Below, in pieces: positions 15,770 to 31,465 of a stretch of 64,000 bases of DNA (position 1 is its first letter; every line of letters begins with the position of its first letter). The notes beneath the pieces are model-generated. The model was not told the DNA's origin and made no database searches. It saw nothing but the letters and a program-made list of their open reading frames with translations. The stretch is from Octopus sinensis (Eukaryota): positions 98,952,001 to 99,016,000 of the forward strand of contig NC_043000.1 in NCBI RefSeq assembly GCF_006345805.1. Reading direction: 5' to 3'. A program made the translations under genes and the position numbers.

Positions 15770-15773
<4 letters not shown>

Positions 15774-15930
15774 AAATGACGGGTTCTTTCAGTTTCCGTC
15801 TACCAAATCCACTCACAGCCTTTTATTGGATCGAGGTTATAGTAGAAGACATTCGCGCACTGTGCCACGCCGTGGCACTGAACCCCGACTCATGTGGTTG
15901 GGAAGCATTTTCCATACTACACAACCACGC
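15770..15930 (-). mobile_element. tRNA-derived SINE, 5' half
   Basis: Reverse complement matches 18602-18770 (B-box GGTTCAGTGCC, TCTTCTACTATA core). Confidence 0.75.
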
Positions 15931-15935
15931 TTATG

Positions 15936-15971
<36 letters not shown>

Positions 15972-16624
15972 TCAAAGAAATTCCAACTTTGAATTTCACG
16001 TTTTGTTTACAATTTTATAATATAATATAATATAATATAATATAATATAATATAATATAATGAAATAATAGAATATTAAATGTTCATTCTGACTGAACTA
16101 CTACTTTCATGCATTAAACTATGCAATCTTCAGGTTTATATAGGAGTGGTTACAGTTATGTTTTACAATTTACATCAGTTGTATAGACTCCAAAATGTTA
16201 ATTTTTGCAAACTGTATTCTGATCAATCAGTATGTGGCTTCATTAAATTACTTAAGTTGATTGGTGTTTTGTTTAGGTGTCACAGTTTGTTGAACATGTC
16301 AAGAGACCAGTATTTTGAACCTGGCCAAAGCAGTAATTGTTTGGTTATTTTTAGAAATGTTGTAAACATTTCTCAGGGGTTTTTACATTTCAATTATCAT
16401 CATCACCATTATCATCACCTTTATTATTGTTGTTTTTGTTGGTAGTGGTGGTTGTGGTAGGATTAGCTGTGGCAATAGAACTTTAAACCCTAAATAAGAT
16501 TATTTTTACTGACTTTTCTCTTGAATTAGCTAGTATTATCCTGCTATCGTCATCATGAGAACATTTAGTATTGTTCTTGTTGTTAGTGGTAGTGCGTAGG
16601 AAAAAATAGTACGTCGAAGAATTA

Positions 16625-17420
16625 TTATAATTGCTTATTTAGCTTGAGTTGGAATTTATCAATAAAGTTCTTTTCTCTGATTTTTCTCTCGATTTCACCT
16701 GGACTGTGCAGTTTGTAGAATGGAAATACTATAAATATTTTCCGTCCACATGTTGCTAGATGGTTACTCAAAGGCATCTGACGGTGCACATGTGAACATT
16801 CTGATAGTACATTTCCAGTCTGACCCACATATAGTTCTTCACAATTCAGGCATCTGTTGCAGTAAATAAAATTTCTGGTTTGCAGTTCATATTTGTGTTT
16901 GTGAATATTTTTCCAGATTTTGTGTTCATATATAGGCCTGTATGTATGAATTGGCATATGCCACATAGGCCATCATTGCGTTTAGAGACAGTGAATGAGT
17001 AATCGTTGTTGTTAAAGTCAAACTTTGTAGTTGTTAATAATGTTTTCGATTTTTTAGGCTGTCTTTTACTAAGAAACATAGCTTGATCCTTGAATATATC
17101 TTTTAATTCATTACTTTGAGCAATGATTGTTAGGTTTAATTTGGCGATGTCTAAGGTATTCGGGTGACATGGGTTGTGTGTCATTATAAATAGTATGACT
17201 TGTTCTTGTTTTCCATCTTTATGGGTTGTTCTAAGTTGCTGTACGGGTATTTTTATAGCCTGTTGTACGCCATTTTCTATAGGTAGAGACAGGTACTTTT
17301 GTTTCAACAAAAATTCTCTTAGTTCTGTTCGTTCTGTTAGGCGTTTGTTCCTGATACTCGCATCTTCTGCAGTGGTACAACTTCCTCTAGCTAGTCAGTA
17401 TGAGGCGTTGCGTTTTTGAT
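16625..17420 (-). mobile_element. Penelope-like element remnant (RT C-terminus plus GIY-YIG endonuclease)
   Basis: RLTELTELREFLLKQKYLSLPIENG; SKRQPK; CGICQFI; NMNCK then (frameshift) TRNFIYCNRCLNCEELYVGQTG...PLSNHLATCG...PFYKL...ERKIREKNFIDKFQLKLN*. Confidence 0.88.
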
Positions 17421-17487
17421 GTGGTGGATAGCACAACTTAAAATTTAGGTATTGATGTGTGACCGTGTGTTTATAGTATATATATGC

Positions 17488-17558
<71 letters not shown>

Positions 17559-17710
17559 GTACGTATATATGTATATAAAAACCAACGCTCTCGCGGTTAT
17601 TACTGAGACGGCATAATCATCCAGTAAATGTGATTTTATCAAATATATAACATTTTCACTTTACATATGTATTGAGTACTGTCTATTTAACAGTTGGTGT
17701 ATATATATAC

Positions 17711-17788
<78 letters not shown>

Positions 17789-18601
17789 ATATATATTTAT
17801 ATGTATATATATATGTATGTGTGTGTGTGTATGTATATCAAGAAAGACGCTAGTGGGTGAGGGAAATCGAAAGATAGATGGATATGCTTAATAGTTTACA
17901 AATGAAGACTAGAAGTCTGAAAAGTTACCAATAATCTTTAAAAGTTCGTAAGGTGCTAAGATAAAATGGTGAAAGCAATGAGAAAAAGAGATAAAAAGAG
18001 ATAAAAGAAGAAGAATGTAAAAGACTAAAATACGTTCTCTGTGTAGGAATACTTACCGAAAGAGCTACAGTTACAAACAACTTCCCTTACTTTGATTAAT
18101 AATTGTACTCAATCGATAAATCATAGGAAATTTTTCCGTATGTCATTTCTTCTTTACTTGGTAATGTAAGTGTTTGTGTTCTATTTGATATTTACGATGA
18201 CCACATAGTAACAAAATCTTTGCTGTTAATATCATCCTATGAAGTCTAATATTACATAAGATGAAGTAAATGAAGTAAACATTGAATTTCGTCTGTCTTC
18301 CTGTTTAACTCCACAACCTCTGAGAAGCTGAGTGCCTTGAGCGGAGTTCACTCTTTTTTGCAGGCATTTGATACAAATCTTTGCTTCGATAAGTCTTACT
18401 CCTTTTCTCCCATCAGGCATGGGAGCTATGTAATATGGTTTCTTTCTTGAAGAAGAGATGAAAAAAGAAATCAGCAAAGAATAACATTATATTATTTCCA
18501 TGTACATTCGGATTTCAAATTTCATCTTGTCTTTTCAATTCTGGAAATCGACTCAAACAGCATAGGATACAAAATATTAGGGTCAATGTAATCGAATACT
18601 C

Positions 18602-19080
<479 letters not shown>

Positions 19081-20714
19081 TATGTTGGGTAGTCTAAGGA
19101 CAGAAACTAGGAAATTTTTCCATCGGAGAGTGAAAACATGAACGATTTCTGACGTAGAAGCTTGGTTACATATTTTGCGGAGATGGATGTTGTTAATAAT
19201 GTCGATCTCCGTAGTTGACTAGTATTTTATATTATCTAGTCCATAATGTAGGCCAAAGTAAGTTTCGCTGGTATTTAAACACAGTGCATAACGAGGCGTA
19301 ACTAAATGCCTCTTATTATTTAAGCCATCGCTGTGCTGATCCTGTCATATACCGCTATCCAAAGCAAATAAATGCTAATAAAATATAATTAGCTATTATC
19401 ACTACCAGTGGAAATATAATAAAATGAAAGTTATGAATAAACTGCCACATTTTAATGTAAATATGATGATGAATATCATCAGGATTGAAAATGAACAATA
19501 TGAAGATTAGGACGCTAGTTCGAATATACCAGCAAGCATTAACAGATAATGATTTCATCTATATATTTCTCAACTCTTTTTCTGCTCTAAGTAGTACCGC
19601 TTTCTCAGAATATGCCGCAGTTTGGGTGCCTTTAAATGAGGAGAATTTCTTAGAAGAATTCAAAGCTATCTCGATACCATGATGCAGTATTTCCTGCTAT
19701 AGCAATACATCAGACGTGGTTTCTTCCACAACTTGTCTGCACCATCTCGGAGGACCTAAAAAATGTCGTCATCACTGTGTTCCATCGTGTATCAAGCACA
19801 GATCAAAAAGTATTTCTTGTTCTATTTCAATGCCAAATCTCTTGCTGCAATACAATTATTAATTTCAAACATGGATTTCTAGTGGTGAAATATGAATAAT
19901 ATAACAGTGAATATCTTTTTATATCGTTTTGAAAGAATTCGCGTTGAAATAGGAAAAGAGGACGTCAGTAAAATTATACATGTACATACTCGCGTATATT
20001 TACACACACGTATATAAATACCAATACACATATAACACACACATATGTGTGAGTGTGCGTGCGTGTGTATATATACATATGTATTTTTACATGCATATAT
20101 GCATACATTAATACATACATATATATATCCACAAAAACACACACACACACATACACACACACGCACGCACATAGATATAAATATACATACGCGTATTAAT
20201 GTTTATATATACCTGCATATGCATATATTTGTCTGTGTGACGATACTAATGCTTCTATTCATTATTGATACATATTACATACACTATATTAACAAAAAAT
20301 ACAGTTATTATAAGATATCTGCGTTGTTTGTCTCAGTAAAAAATATATAAAATATCTTTACGAAGCATTGAAATGAGATTCCTTACACATAACTGTTTCC
20401 GTATTGAAATGTAATTTTCACATACACGCAAATAAACACACACACACGCGTGCGCACACACACACACACACAAGCACACATACATATATATACACACACA
20501 CTCAGACAGACTCACACACAAAATAAAGTTATTTTTTATTAATCCTAGATAATGGAAGAAAATATCTGAGCAGTATATTGTTTTTACACTTATAAGAAAA
20601 TAAAAGTTAGAGGTGTTAAATAGAAATGTTTACATTCAGTCACCCATATATGTCTACATATACAAACACACATTTACCCGACGCACACACGCACACACGC
20701 ACACACGCACACAC

Positions 20715-20748
<34 letters not shown>

Positions 20749-21247
20749 ATATATATATATTATATATATATATATATACATACACATATACAAACATACA
20801 TACTGCCCGAAACTGTAAAGACATCTGGTAACTTGACTGAAGAAAGAAGGCTACAAATGGCCCATCTTTTTCCCCCTGTCCTTCTAATTGTTGTTTTCCT
20901 GTCCGACTTTGTATTGTCTATCTGTCCGAATGTTTTATTGTCCTCGATTGCGTTTTTGTTCCATTTTTAAAAAATATTTATATAAAAACATTTACATACA
21001 TATGTGTGAATATGTGTTTCAGTATATATACATACAGAAGAACATAATATCAAAAGAATGATAGCTATTTTTTCTTTCACTGAAGGAATACATTTATTCA
21101 TTCTGCTCGAAACAGAGTTTTATATCAGATGTTGGCACTGTGTGAAAAAAATATTTGTGCATATTTCACAGTACCAACATTATCAGAAAATGCTACGCAT
21201 ATAGGTATGTATACACATATGCATGCATATGGAAATGTGTGTGTGTA

Positions 21248-21284
<37 letters not shown>

Positions 21285-21689
21285 GCATATATCCATATGT
21301 GTGTGTGTGTGTGTGTGTGTATAAAGTGAGAGAGAGATGCATAAGTGTCGCTTAGTGTTTCTTTGTAGATAAAATTGTCAGACGAACATAAAAATGATAT
21401 TCAACAAGATAGTTTTTCATTACATATTTTTAAATAAATTAAGCTCTCTTTTCTCTAACATAATTTTCCTCTTTATCGTACAGTTTATCTACTGAACTAC
21501 ATATATGCACATGCATACCACTTTCTCATTCAGTTCCCCCTCCTGCAGCTGTTTGTCCGTCTGTCTACCTGTCTGTCTGTCTGTCTCTCTCTCTCGCTCT
21601 CTTTCTCCCTTTCCCCCAGCTACATGCTTTCGTTAAATTTCTTACAGTCAATATTTTATATACTCCGAATTAACTTATATTCTTTTCTA

Positions 21690-22410
21690 CGCTAGGAGGG
21701 GGCCAGCCGATTAGATCGGCCCCAGTACGCAAATGGTACTTGATTTATGATGAAAGGTAACGTGAACCTCGGTGGAATTTGAACTCAGAACGTAAAAACA
21801 GACGAAGTACCTATTTCTTTACTACCCACAAAGGGCTAAACACAGAGAGGACAAACAAGGACAGACAAACGGATTAAGTCGATTATATCGACCCCAGTGC
21901 GTAACTGGTACTTATTTAATCGACCCTGAAAGGATGAAAGGCAAAGACGACCTTGGTGGAATTTGAAGTCAGAACGTAGCGGCAGACGAAATACCTATTT
22001 CTTTCCTACCCACAAGGAGCTAAACACAGAGAAGACAAATAAGGACAGACAAACGGATTAAGTCTATTATATCGACCCTAGTGCGTAACTGGTACTTATT
22101 TAATCGACCCTGAAAGGATGAAAGGCAAAGTCGACCTTGGCGGAATTTGAAGTCAGAATATAGCGGCAGACAAAATACCTATTTCTTTACTACCCACAAG
22201 GAGCTAAACACAGAGAGGACAAATAAGGACAGACAAACGGATTAAGTCGAATATATCGACCCTAGTGCGTAACTGGTACTTATTTAATCGACCTCGAAAG
22301 GATGAAAGACAAAGTCAACCTCGGTGGAATTTGAACTCAGAACGTAGCGGCAGACGAAATACTGCTAAGCATTTCACCCGGCGTGCTAACGTTTCTATCA
22401 ACTTGCTGCG
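21690..22410 (-). mobile_element. SINE with an internal 184-bp unit tandemly amplified
   Basis: CCTATTTCTTT recurs at 21810, 21994 and 22178 (period 184); one SINE head at about 22362-22410. Confidence 0.9.
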
Positions 22411-22453
22411 ACAGTATTATTTAATAGCATGGAGTAGCTTGTATGTGTGAGTA

Positions 22454-22484
<31 letters not shown>

Positions 22485-23407
22485 ATGCATACATGTATAT
22501 ATGTGTGTGTATAAAAATGCATATATACACACATATATATATGTGTATATGCACACTCAAGTTTCAGGCGATAAAAAAACTGTGATTTCTATGATCGACG
22601 AAACATTCGAAGCTGGCTCTCCAGTCTGACCACAGTTTAATGGCTGAAACCTCTGAAAGAAATAGCGTATATGTAAATACAGCATAGTACTATGTCTCTG
22701 TAGCTAACTTATTTATTTTTATGTAAGTTTATTGGACTGTTTTAAAGTTAAGTGAGTATCGTAAATTATAATGTGGATGTCACTAAATGAAACATTACTG
22801 CATTCGTCTCCGTAATAACTTAGCCAACAGCGATTTTTTTATGTATGGTGTTACGGTGTGCATGTAGACATATCAAGCTGGATCTTCGAATACTTAGCTT
22901 ACACCCATTTGTAGATGGGATAGATTTCAAAGAAGCTTTGGTTTCAATCATGTATCTGATAGTTCTCAGAATAGGTAGGTTTACATCGTTCTATCTGATA
23001 ATGCATAGAAACAGTTGGCTTCTATTCAATCATACCTTATCTTTACTTCAGACGTGCTGGTGACTGGTTCGCCATAATAAAACTATTTCTTTATATTTTC
23101 ATATTGTTTATCCTCGCTTCAGCTCTCTTTAAATAGACCTATGATCAAACGCATTGCAGCTATAATCACCTGTCTTTAAGTCAGATTCAGAATAATGTAG
23201 TTCTATGCGCACTGCATACACTTGTATGTTTTAAAGATGGTTGGGTGTGATTTTACTTAGATTTTGTTGGTATTCTAGTAAATAGGGAAACTATGTAGGG
23301 GTTTCTAGTCAGTAAATATGTTTTGACCTTCAGTCAATAAAATACAAAGTATGTGCTATGACCATCTACTTCAATACTTCACATTTACAAATATCCACTT
23401 ACAGTAA

Positions 23408-23620
23408 GACGGTGAGCTGGCAGAATCGTTAGCACGTCGGACAAAATGTTTAGCAGCATAACGTCCTTACGCTCTGAGTTCAAATTCCGTCGAAGTCGAC
23501 TTTGCTTTTCATCCCTTCGGGGTCGGTAAAATGAATACTAGTTGAACACTGGGGTTGATTTAATCGATTCATTCTCTCTCCCAACATTGCTAGCCTTGTG
23601 CCAAAATTTGAAATCAATAT
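23408..23620 (+). mobile_element. tRNA-derived SINE (GGYGAGCTGGCAGAATCG family)
   Basis: Head GGTGAGCTGGCAGAATCGTTAGCAC, B-box GAGTTCAAATTCC, tail CCTTGTGCCAAAATTTGAAATCAATAT. Confidence 0.85.
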
Positions 23621-25991
23621 TTACTTACGGTACCTTATTGATGTGTGTATTTAATCTTTATTAAACAATAAGTCACCGTAAGCTCAGAATGGAGGAAGAT
23701 GGCCATGGACATCACATCTATTGCCAGACGTTTTCCAGTTACATCCTTTCAATTCTGTTTTTGTTTAACCCCAGTTCAACTTTGATCGATCATAGGAATA
23801 ATCACAGACATCCTAACGAGGATAGCCTCATCTTTATAACGGTCATTAGCCAATGTACCGTAGATAACGTGTAGAATAATTATCTACTACAACTTCTCCT
23901 TGCGTAAGATGATGGTTTTGATTTGAGGAAGGTACGTTTGCTATTTATAATAAGAGCGACAACGTAGGGTCTCCCCCGTTTGTTCGATGTTACATTATAA
24001 GATGCTATGATATAATTTGAGGGATATTTACTTACTATTTATATATAGCACTTCTTTTTATTAAAAGGCAGCAAGGTATGATTTCCGAGAGCTTTTCTTC
24101 TGTTTTCAGCATGCCGACATGCTAAGTAGAGACTTACACATTGGATAGGGTTCGGCTTTAAATATTGCATAGGGGTGGTTTGTGAACAGCCACAGTTAAT
24201 GCAAACAGTGCTACTTTTTGTGACGGGTAGATTTTTTGTGAAGATGCTGAAACCCTAGGAGAGCTAACGCACGCAATAGATGATGGGGTTCAATATAATG
24301 CTCTGTACACTAGTATATAAACAATATATTATTGTATACATTATATTGTGTATACAAACGTGAATGGGAAATCCTCCCCACAGTCACAAAACCTTAGAAA
24401 AGAAGGCAGCTAAATTTCCGCTTTATCACAAACTACAATCTTAAAGACGAATAACATACTGAATAATGTAGTCCTAGATACACTGTGTCTAAACGAAACA
24501 AAGAAAGCTCAGTCATGATTGGTTATAGAGTTAGTGATACTGGTCATAGTATTGTTTAGGATGTGACTGAAACAGTGTGGGTACAGATTATGGGGATGGT
24601 GATATACTTGGTGATGACGCCAGTGGTGGTGACAGGGATGGAACTAATGTGCTCGGGTTGCTTGTAATGGAAGTGATGTAAACAATGGTGATTGTGTTGT
24701 TATTATTGGAGGTAATGTTGAGTATCTTAAGTTTTAAATAAATTACTATGAAGAGTAACATATTTCGTATTTATGGGAATCCAAGTGATTGCATTGCCAG
24801 TTACATCTTGGTAGCGCATCACAACATTACATTTACTGTGTAAAGGTCACAAGAATTTAGAAACTTGGAGAACGCGAAATAATTCGCATTTAACGGTGAA
24901 ACTCGAGGTAGATAAAACTATAAATAATAGCGAGCAAAAATTGTGTTAAAACAGTTTTGAATAGAAAAACTTGAATGCTACTCGAATATTACCGTTAAAA
25001 ACAAATACAACTTTTACGGCTTTGCGTAGTCTTGGAGTTAGTTATTCATTTTTGTGAAGAGATGTTTATGCATAGATAGGTATATATATATAATTTAATT
25101 GTATCAAGGACCTATAATCCTTTAATTGATGCTAAATTCCTAGTTCTCCGGTTCATACCAGTATTCAGTGAAAACTAAACATATTAGTTTTGCATTGATA
25201 TATATAGGTATTTAAAATATTTATGAATGAGAAAAAGAAGAAAATGGAGAAATTGATATGCAGACATCAGTTTATTTAAAGATATTTAAATCCATATGAT
25301 GAAATTCCAGTCCTACAGCCGTTTCCATATCCAATTAGTTCAATTGCAGAAATTAAATTAAATCAGATTATTTTAATTTAAATTTTCAAAGTGATTGAGT
25401 ATTTCATCAGGGAAGAATTTTCCAAAAGAGAGTTGCATTTCAACGTGTTGGTTGACCTACGACTGACTCCGATGTGTGCGTTTTAGAATACGTGCATTGT
25501 TTTTAAAAAAAGCCGTCATGTATTACATATGCACGTGCACAAATATATCAAACGTATTTGTTTATATGTTTATATGATTATATATATGAATAAATATATT
25601 CATTCTTCCAGTCAAGCTTGAATATATAAATCCTTCAAAATGATGATCTATATATATTTTAAACGTCTTTTTATTTTCCTTTAAATCTTACCTACTGAAG
25701 AATACAAATTTGACCATTACGATGTTCTATTTATGCGTATCTTGGTCCATTTCTAAGAAACAATTGTAAAGGAATCTGAAAATAAAAACTAAAATCCATT
25801 TCAACATCCAATCTACTTCATTTCATAAATATGAATGAATTTGTTGAACGTTGTTTAATAAATTAAGTCATATACAAGCTTTCTTACCTATACGACTTTA
25901 AAAAAAAAATTCGAAAGTATGAAGAAAACATTAGAAATCTAAGGAAAAATGCCAATTAAAGGACGAACATACATTCATCCGATAAAATTAC

Positions 25992-26045
<54 letters not shown>

Positions 26046-26086
26046 TATCTTTCAAAATATTACGAATGTGCAAATAAGTAACACCA

Positions 26087-26157
<71 letters not shown>

Positions 26158-28359
26158 ATAATTTCTAGACTTGCAGGTGTACTCTTTCAACATTGTAAGT
26201 GTACTCAGCAGAGAATGTCAAAATATTTCATTGGTTTATATTTCTGTACTTCAGGAAAGAAAGATGTTTGGATTAATCAAATCAAGTAAAATGAAAGGAT
26301 GGAAATGTATTGTTTTCAGGCTAGAACGTGGATTGTAAGTTAGGATTGAAAGGCACTTAATTAGTTTCCTGTTAAACGCTTGGAGCCAGTGATCTAAAAT
26401 TCAAATATTGCTTTTGTCACGATATACGCAGCAAGCAAACGATATTAGGAAGACGTGCATGCAACTATGGCTGCCCATGAGGCACATAAACACAGCATGG
26501 CATGATCTCAGAGAAAAATACTAAGCGGACAGTTTGTGCATTATTTGAATTTCAGATCAAATGCTCTCAGCTTATAACAAAAAAAATTAAGTGCATTTAA
26601 CTTGAGTTTTCAACAATACATAGCACTCTATATGACTTAAAAGCAACTGAGTTTGCAGCTCCTTCGTCCATTTCAATTTGTTAATCTCACCATCTTTGTA
26701 TGAGCCGTGCAAATATAATATAAGTTAATCTATCTTCATTCTTCACTGACAATACACATATATAAGTCCGTTTGGGTATTTTTCTGCGTGTACGGGCGCG
26801 TGTAATATATGTCTAACATAATGAGATATGCACGCATACGCACTCACACATATGAATACGAGTATGTATATATGTATATACATATATCTGTGTGTTTATA
26901 TTAATATATGTGTGTGTGAGTGCATGTGTTGGGGTGCCCAATGAAACTTTGTCTTTCGATTTAAATCTGCTTTCTGAATCTAACCATCTTTTTATCAACT
27001 GCGCAATATGAAGCAATAAAATACACCAAAACTGAATATGCACATGTATATGTGTATATGTGCATACATACGCTCATATACACGCATAAGCATTCATATG
27101 TATACACATATATACATATATGTATATGTGCATGCATATATATATACATATGCACACACACACATATATAACAAATCCTACACCAACTTCACCACCACAC
27201 ACTCTACCTTTACTTAACATACATCCTACTCTCAGTTCTTTCGTCTCTGCCTTTTCCGTAGTTGAGACCGCGATTTTGAGATAATATATAGTCTAACGCT
27301 GCATTCATCTCTTCTCTTTGTCAAAGCCGCACTCAAACGGGTTCGTTAACTGGACCACACTTTCGCCCTGTCCACTGCTTTCGTCGTGCCTGCATGCCAC
27401 TTTCGCAGTGCGATTAACTCCACGAGACAACTATCTATACTCAGCGTAGTCTTACACAAAGTATGTTAATTCTCGTCTTCAACGTGAATAAGGGCTCATT
27501 TTCACAATTCAAGCCTTCGCTCCCTATAAGCATCGTCACTTTACTATTTTTCTTTAACACGAACGTCCTCACCTCACAAATACTCATTACACTCATTTTT
27601 GCCTATTCAACCAAGTACGCATGCTAACCAGTGTATAATCATGTTCACAGAGAAACACATATACATCCCCCAAATCACTTCCGCAACAAATGCACTAATC
27701 ATACCACTTTCAGTTCTAAATCAATCACTTACACATATACTTTGCGCACAAATATACATACACACATCCATACATATACACTTTAACTAAGGGCCATAAT
27801 AACAAAGCAACTACCATAATAACAGAATATAAAATACATACATGCTCACAGCGTCACTGCAATATATACACGTACATTCATCATAATGACATACGCATGC
27901 GCATACTTATTCGACATTGCACCACTCCCTACACACGCATACACATGAGTATGTATTCACACATCCACACACGTTTTACAAAACTACATCAATGCATACA
28001 CGCCCTCAAATGCTGGATTCCTATGCGCACACTAGCACTAAAATACACACAAATACACTCACACACAAACACGCGCTCATGCTTTGTTACTATATGCCCA
28101 TACATACTAGTCTGTATATCACGGGTTCACATTATAAGCAGTAGCACAAAATGAAGTACACATATATACGCCTTATTGGCTCACGAAAACAGACACAGCC
28201 GCACGCGCTTAAATTTATACGCATAATCTGTACACATTAGAGTTATCAACTCTAAATATAATTTTAATGCCAGTCAGACATACACACATGCATACGGACT
28301 CAGACGCACGTTATTTACGTCGATGTCCCTGTTTGTCTAGTATTATTGAAACCTCATTC

Positions 28360-28445
28360 CTTTTCTATCACTTCTGGGCATTCCTCTTATGAATCTTTCT
28401 GAAGAAGAGCCTAATCTCGGAATGTCATACATCTACTTTATTAAT
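28360..28445 (+). mobile_element. Decayed Penelope-type terminal fragment with hammerhead-like core
   Basis: 28399-28426: CTGAAGA-A-GAG-cctaat-CTC-GGAA-TGTC, preceded by a pyrimidine tract as in the 56016 copy. Confidence 0.35.
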
Positions 28446-28904
28446 CTCTCAGAGGGCATCGATAATTGCACTCTGTTTTGTGCTCTGTTATTCGCGGCGT
28501 CCATTCTGAACTCGTACATACACGAGCACGTACGAGGGCATGTATATAAATGGATGGCACAATTGCTATGCAGAGTTGGGTGAAATATTTTATAGTATTT
28601 AATTATTTCTGTTTAGTTTATAAATGAAATGAAATGTACCCGGAGCGTTTTTTTCTTTCATTTGCTTTTCTGCATTCGATAAAATAACTGTGACATTATT
28701 TTACTGATGATTAAAACCTGAGAAAGGGTTCTATAGCTAAGCCACACTAAAATAACTGTTACCGTTAAAATGATATGAAGAAAGATGTATTAGCAGCAGG
28801 AATAGAATGTTAAATGAATATGAATTACAACCTATTCTATTTCATCATTCATTGCTTTTAATGCAAATTATATCGTTGCTGAAGACAAAATCTTTGATAC
28901 CATT

Positions 28905-29185
28905 AATATGGCTGTGTGGTTAAGAAGCTTGCTTTTCAACCATGCGGTGTTGGGTTCATTCCCACCTCGGGATTACGCAAATCTCTTCTATTATAGCCTG
29001 ACGCCAAGTATTGACTTGCGAATGGGTTTGATAGACGGAAAATGAAACAAGCCCTCATATATAACAGACTAAAAACTTTAAAAAAAACATCAGTCCTGGG
29101 ATTGATTTGTTAATCTTGAACCTTTCGAGGCGGTTTCCCACCATGGCTGCAGTCAAATGATTGAAACAAGAGAAATACACTGGAA
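28905..29185 (+). mobile_element. tRNA-derived SINE (TGGCTGTGTGG family), diverged
   Basis: Head ATGGCTGTGTGGTTAAGAAGCTTGC, B-box GGTTCATTCCC, tail CATGGCTGCAGTCAAATGATTGAAACAAG. Confidence 0.75.
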
Positions 29186-29927
29186 GACTTCTTTTTCCCA
29201 ATCTGTGAATTATACAACCAATTCTGCAGCAGCAAGTTACTCTCATATTCTAGTAGACGAAATCAATATAAATCAATACAAAAATTCATTTTTATAACAG
29301 AAATTAATTAAAATTAGATAGATGTTCTAATTATTTGTTCATAGGAGAAGGATTCTCAATATAAAACTATATTCTGAATGGATTGCAAATTACTGTAACA
29401 AACCCGACTGACGTACCGTCCTCATGGACATGGTTTCTACACAGATTTCGTATCTAAGTGTATTTGATGAAATTTTGCCACTTAAACATTATTGAACATC
29501 TATAAGAGAAAGGACATCAAAAAGAAACAATATTTTTTTAAAATATGTTCTCCTAATGATAAATTTTGTTTCTTTTGCAATCTTCAAAAGATTAGATAAT
29601 TGCATTCATTTAAATAATGCTAAATCGTTTCCGCATATTTAGTCACACTAGAAGCAACAGAAAAGACTGATTAGCGGTTTGTATATGTTTTTCAATTATT
29701 TTTGCAATCTTTTTATTTTGCGTTCAAACATATTTTGTCATTTTATATCAAGCTCCAGAAATTTTGTGACGCATAAAACACATATCACTGCATACGGAAA
29801 TTATGTTACGTATTTTAAGCTCTACCACAGGGTCAATATACGCTTCAAACAGACACTTATCACGTACATGAATATATTTATATAAAATACATGCGTTCAT
29901 ACATACATATATATATATATACTCGCA

Positions 29928-30133
29928 TACTTATACACAAACATACATACATGGATGCATACATACATACATACATACATACATACACAAAAATACAAGC
30001 AAGAAGTTTCTATTACAACAAATGGGGAAAAATAGTTGGCAATATTTGTTCCAGTACCGTGTTTAGCAATTCATAGTAGAAACGTTGTCAATTACTCAGT
30101 GTTACAGTTGTAATTATACACGCATATATGTGT

Positions 30134-30197
<64 letters not shown>

Positions 30198-30606
30198 CTG
30201 TGTAGTAAATAGCTTACCTACCAACCACACGGCTCCGGGTTAAGCCTACCGCGTGGTACCTTCGGCAAGTATCTTCTACTATAGCCTCGGGCCGACCAAA
30301 GCCTAGTGAGTGGAGTTGGTGGACAGAAACTGGAAGAAGCCCGTCGTATATATATATATATACATACATACACATATATATGTATACACATATATGCGTG
30401 TATAATTACAACTGCAACACTGAGTAATTGACAACGTTTCTACTATGAATTGCTAAACACGGTACTGGAACAAATATTGCCAACTATTTTTCCCCATTTG
30501 TTGTAATAGAAACTTCCTGCTTGTATTTTTGTGTATGTATGTATGTATGTATGTATGTATGTATGTATGTATGTATGCATCCATGTATGTATGTTTGTGT
30601 ATAAGT

Positions 30607-30644
<38 letters not shown>

Positions 30645-30729
30645 CATGCATACATACATACATACATACATATATGTATATGTGTATATATATATATATG
30701 TATATATATATGTATGTATATACATATAC

Positions 30730-30762
<33 letters not shown>

Positions 30763-30768
30763 TGTATA

Positions 30769-30822
<54 letters not shown>

Positions 30823-31240
30823 TATATATATGGCTGTGTAGTAAATAGCTTACCTACCAACCACACGGCTCCGGGTTAAGCCTACCGCGTGGTACCTTCG
30901 GCAAGTATCTTCTACTATAGCCTCGGGCCGACCAAAGCCTAGTGAGTGGAGTTGGTGGACAGAAACTGGAAGAAGCCCGTCGTATATATATATATACATA
31001 CATACACATATATATGTATACACATATATGCGTGTATAATTACAACTGCAACACTGAGTAATTGACAACGTTTCTACTATGAATTGCTAAACACGGTACT
31101 GGAACAAATATTGCCAACTATTTTTCCCCATTTGTTGTAATAGAAACTTCCTGCTTGTATTTTTGTGTATGTATGTATGTATGTATGTATGTATGTATGT
31201 ATGTATGTATGCATCCATGTATGTATGTTTGTGTATAAGT

Positions 31241-31278
<38 letters not shown>

Positions 31279-31401
31279 CATGCATACATACATACATACA
31301 TACATATATGTATATGTGTATATATATATATGTATATATATATGTATGTATATACATATACATATATGTATGTATGTATGTATGTATATATATATATGTA
31401 T

Positions 31402-31465
<64 letters not shown>

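Noticed and set aside
18232-18477. 81-aa non-repetitive minus-strand ORF with a pyrimidine tract and AG
   Set aside because: No recognisable motif and no convincing donor; cannot be distinguished from chance.
19485-19860. Plus-strand frame open for about 125 codons with a single TGA (possible selenocysteine or read-through)
   Set aside because: The peptide is not protein-like, no SECIS is seen and there are no splice signals.
21810-22361. Regularly spaced repeats superficially like a CRISPR array
   Set aside because: The whole 184-bp unit is repeated with no unique spacers; it is SINE sequence in a eukaryotic context.
25370-25412. Minus-strand CTGATGA...GAAA with a palindromic AT stretch
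   Set aside because: No stem II or stem I; expected by chance in AT-rich DNA.
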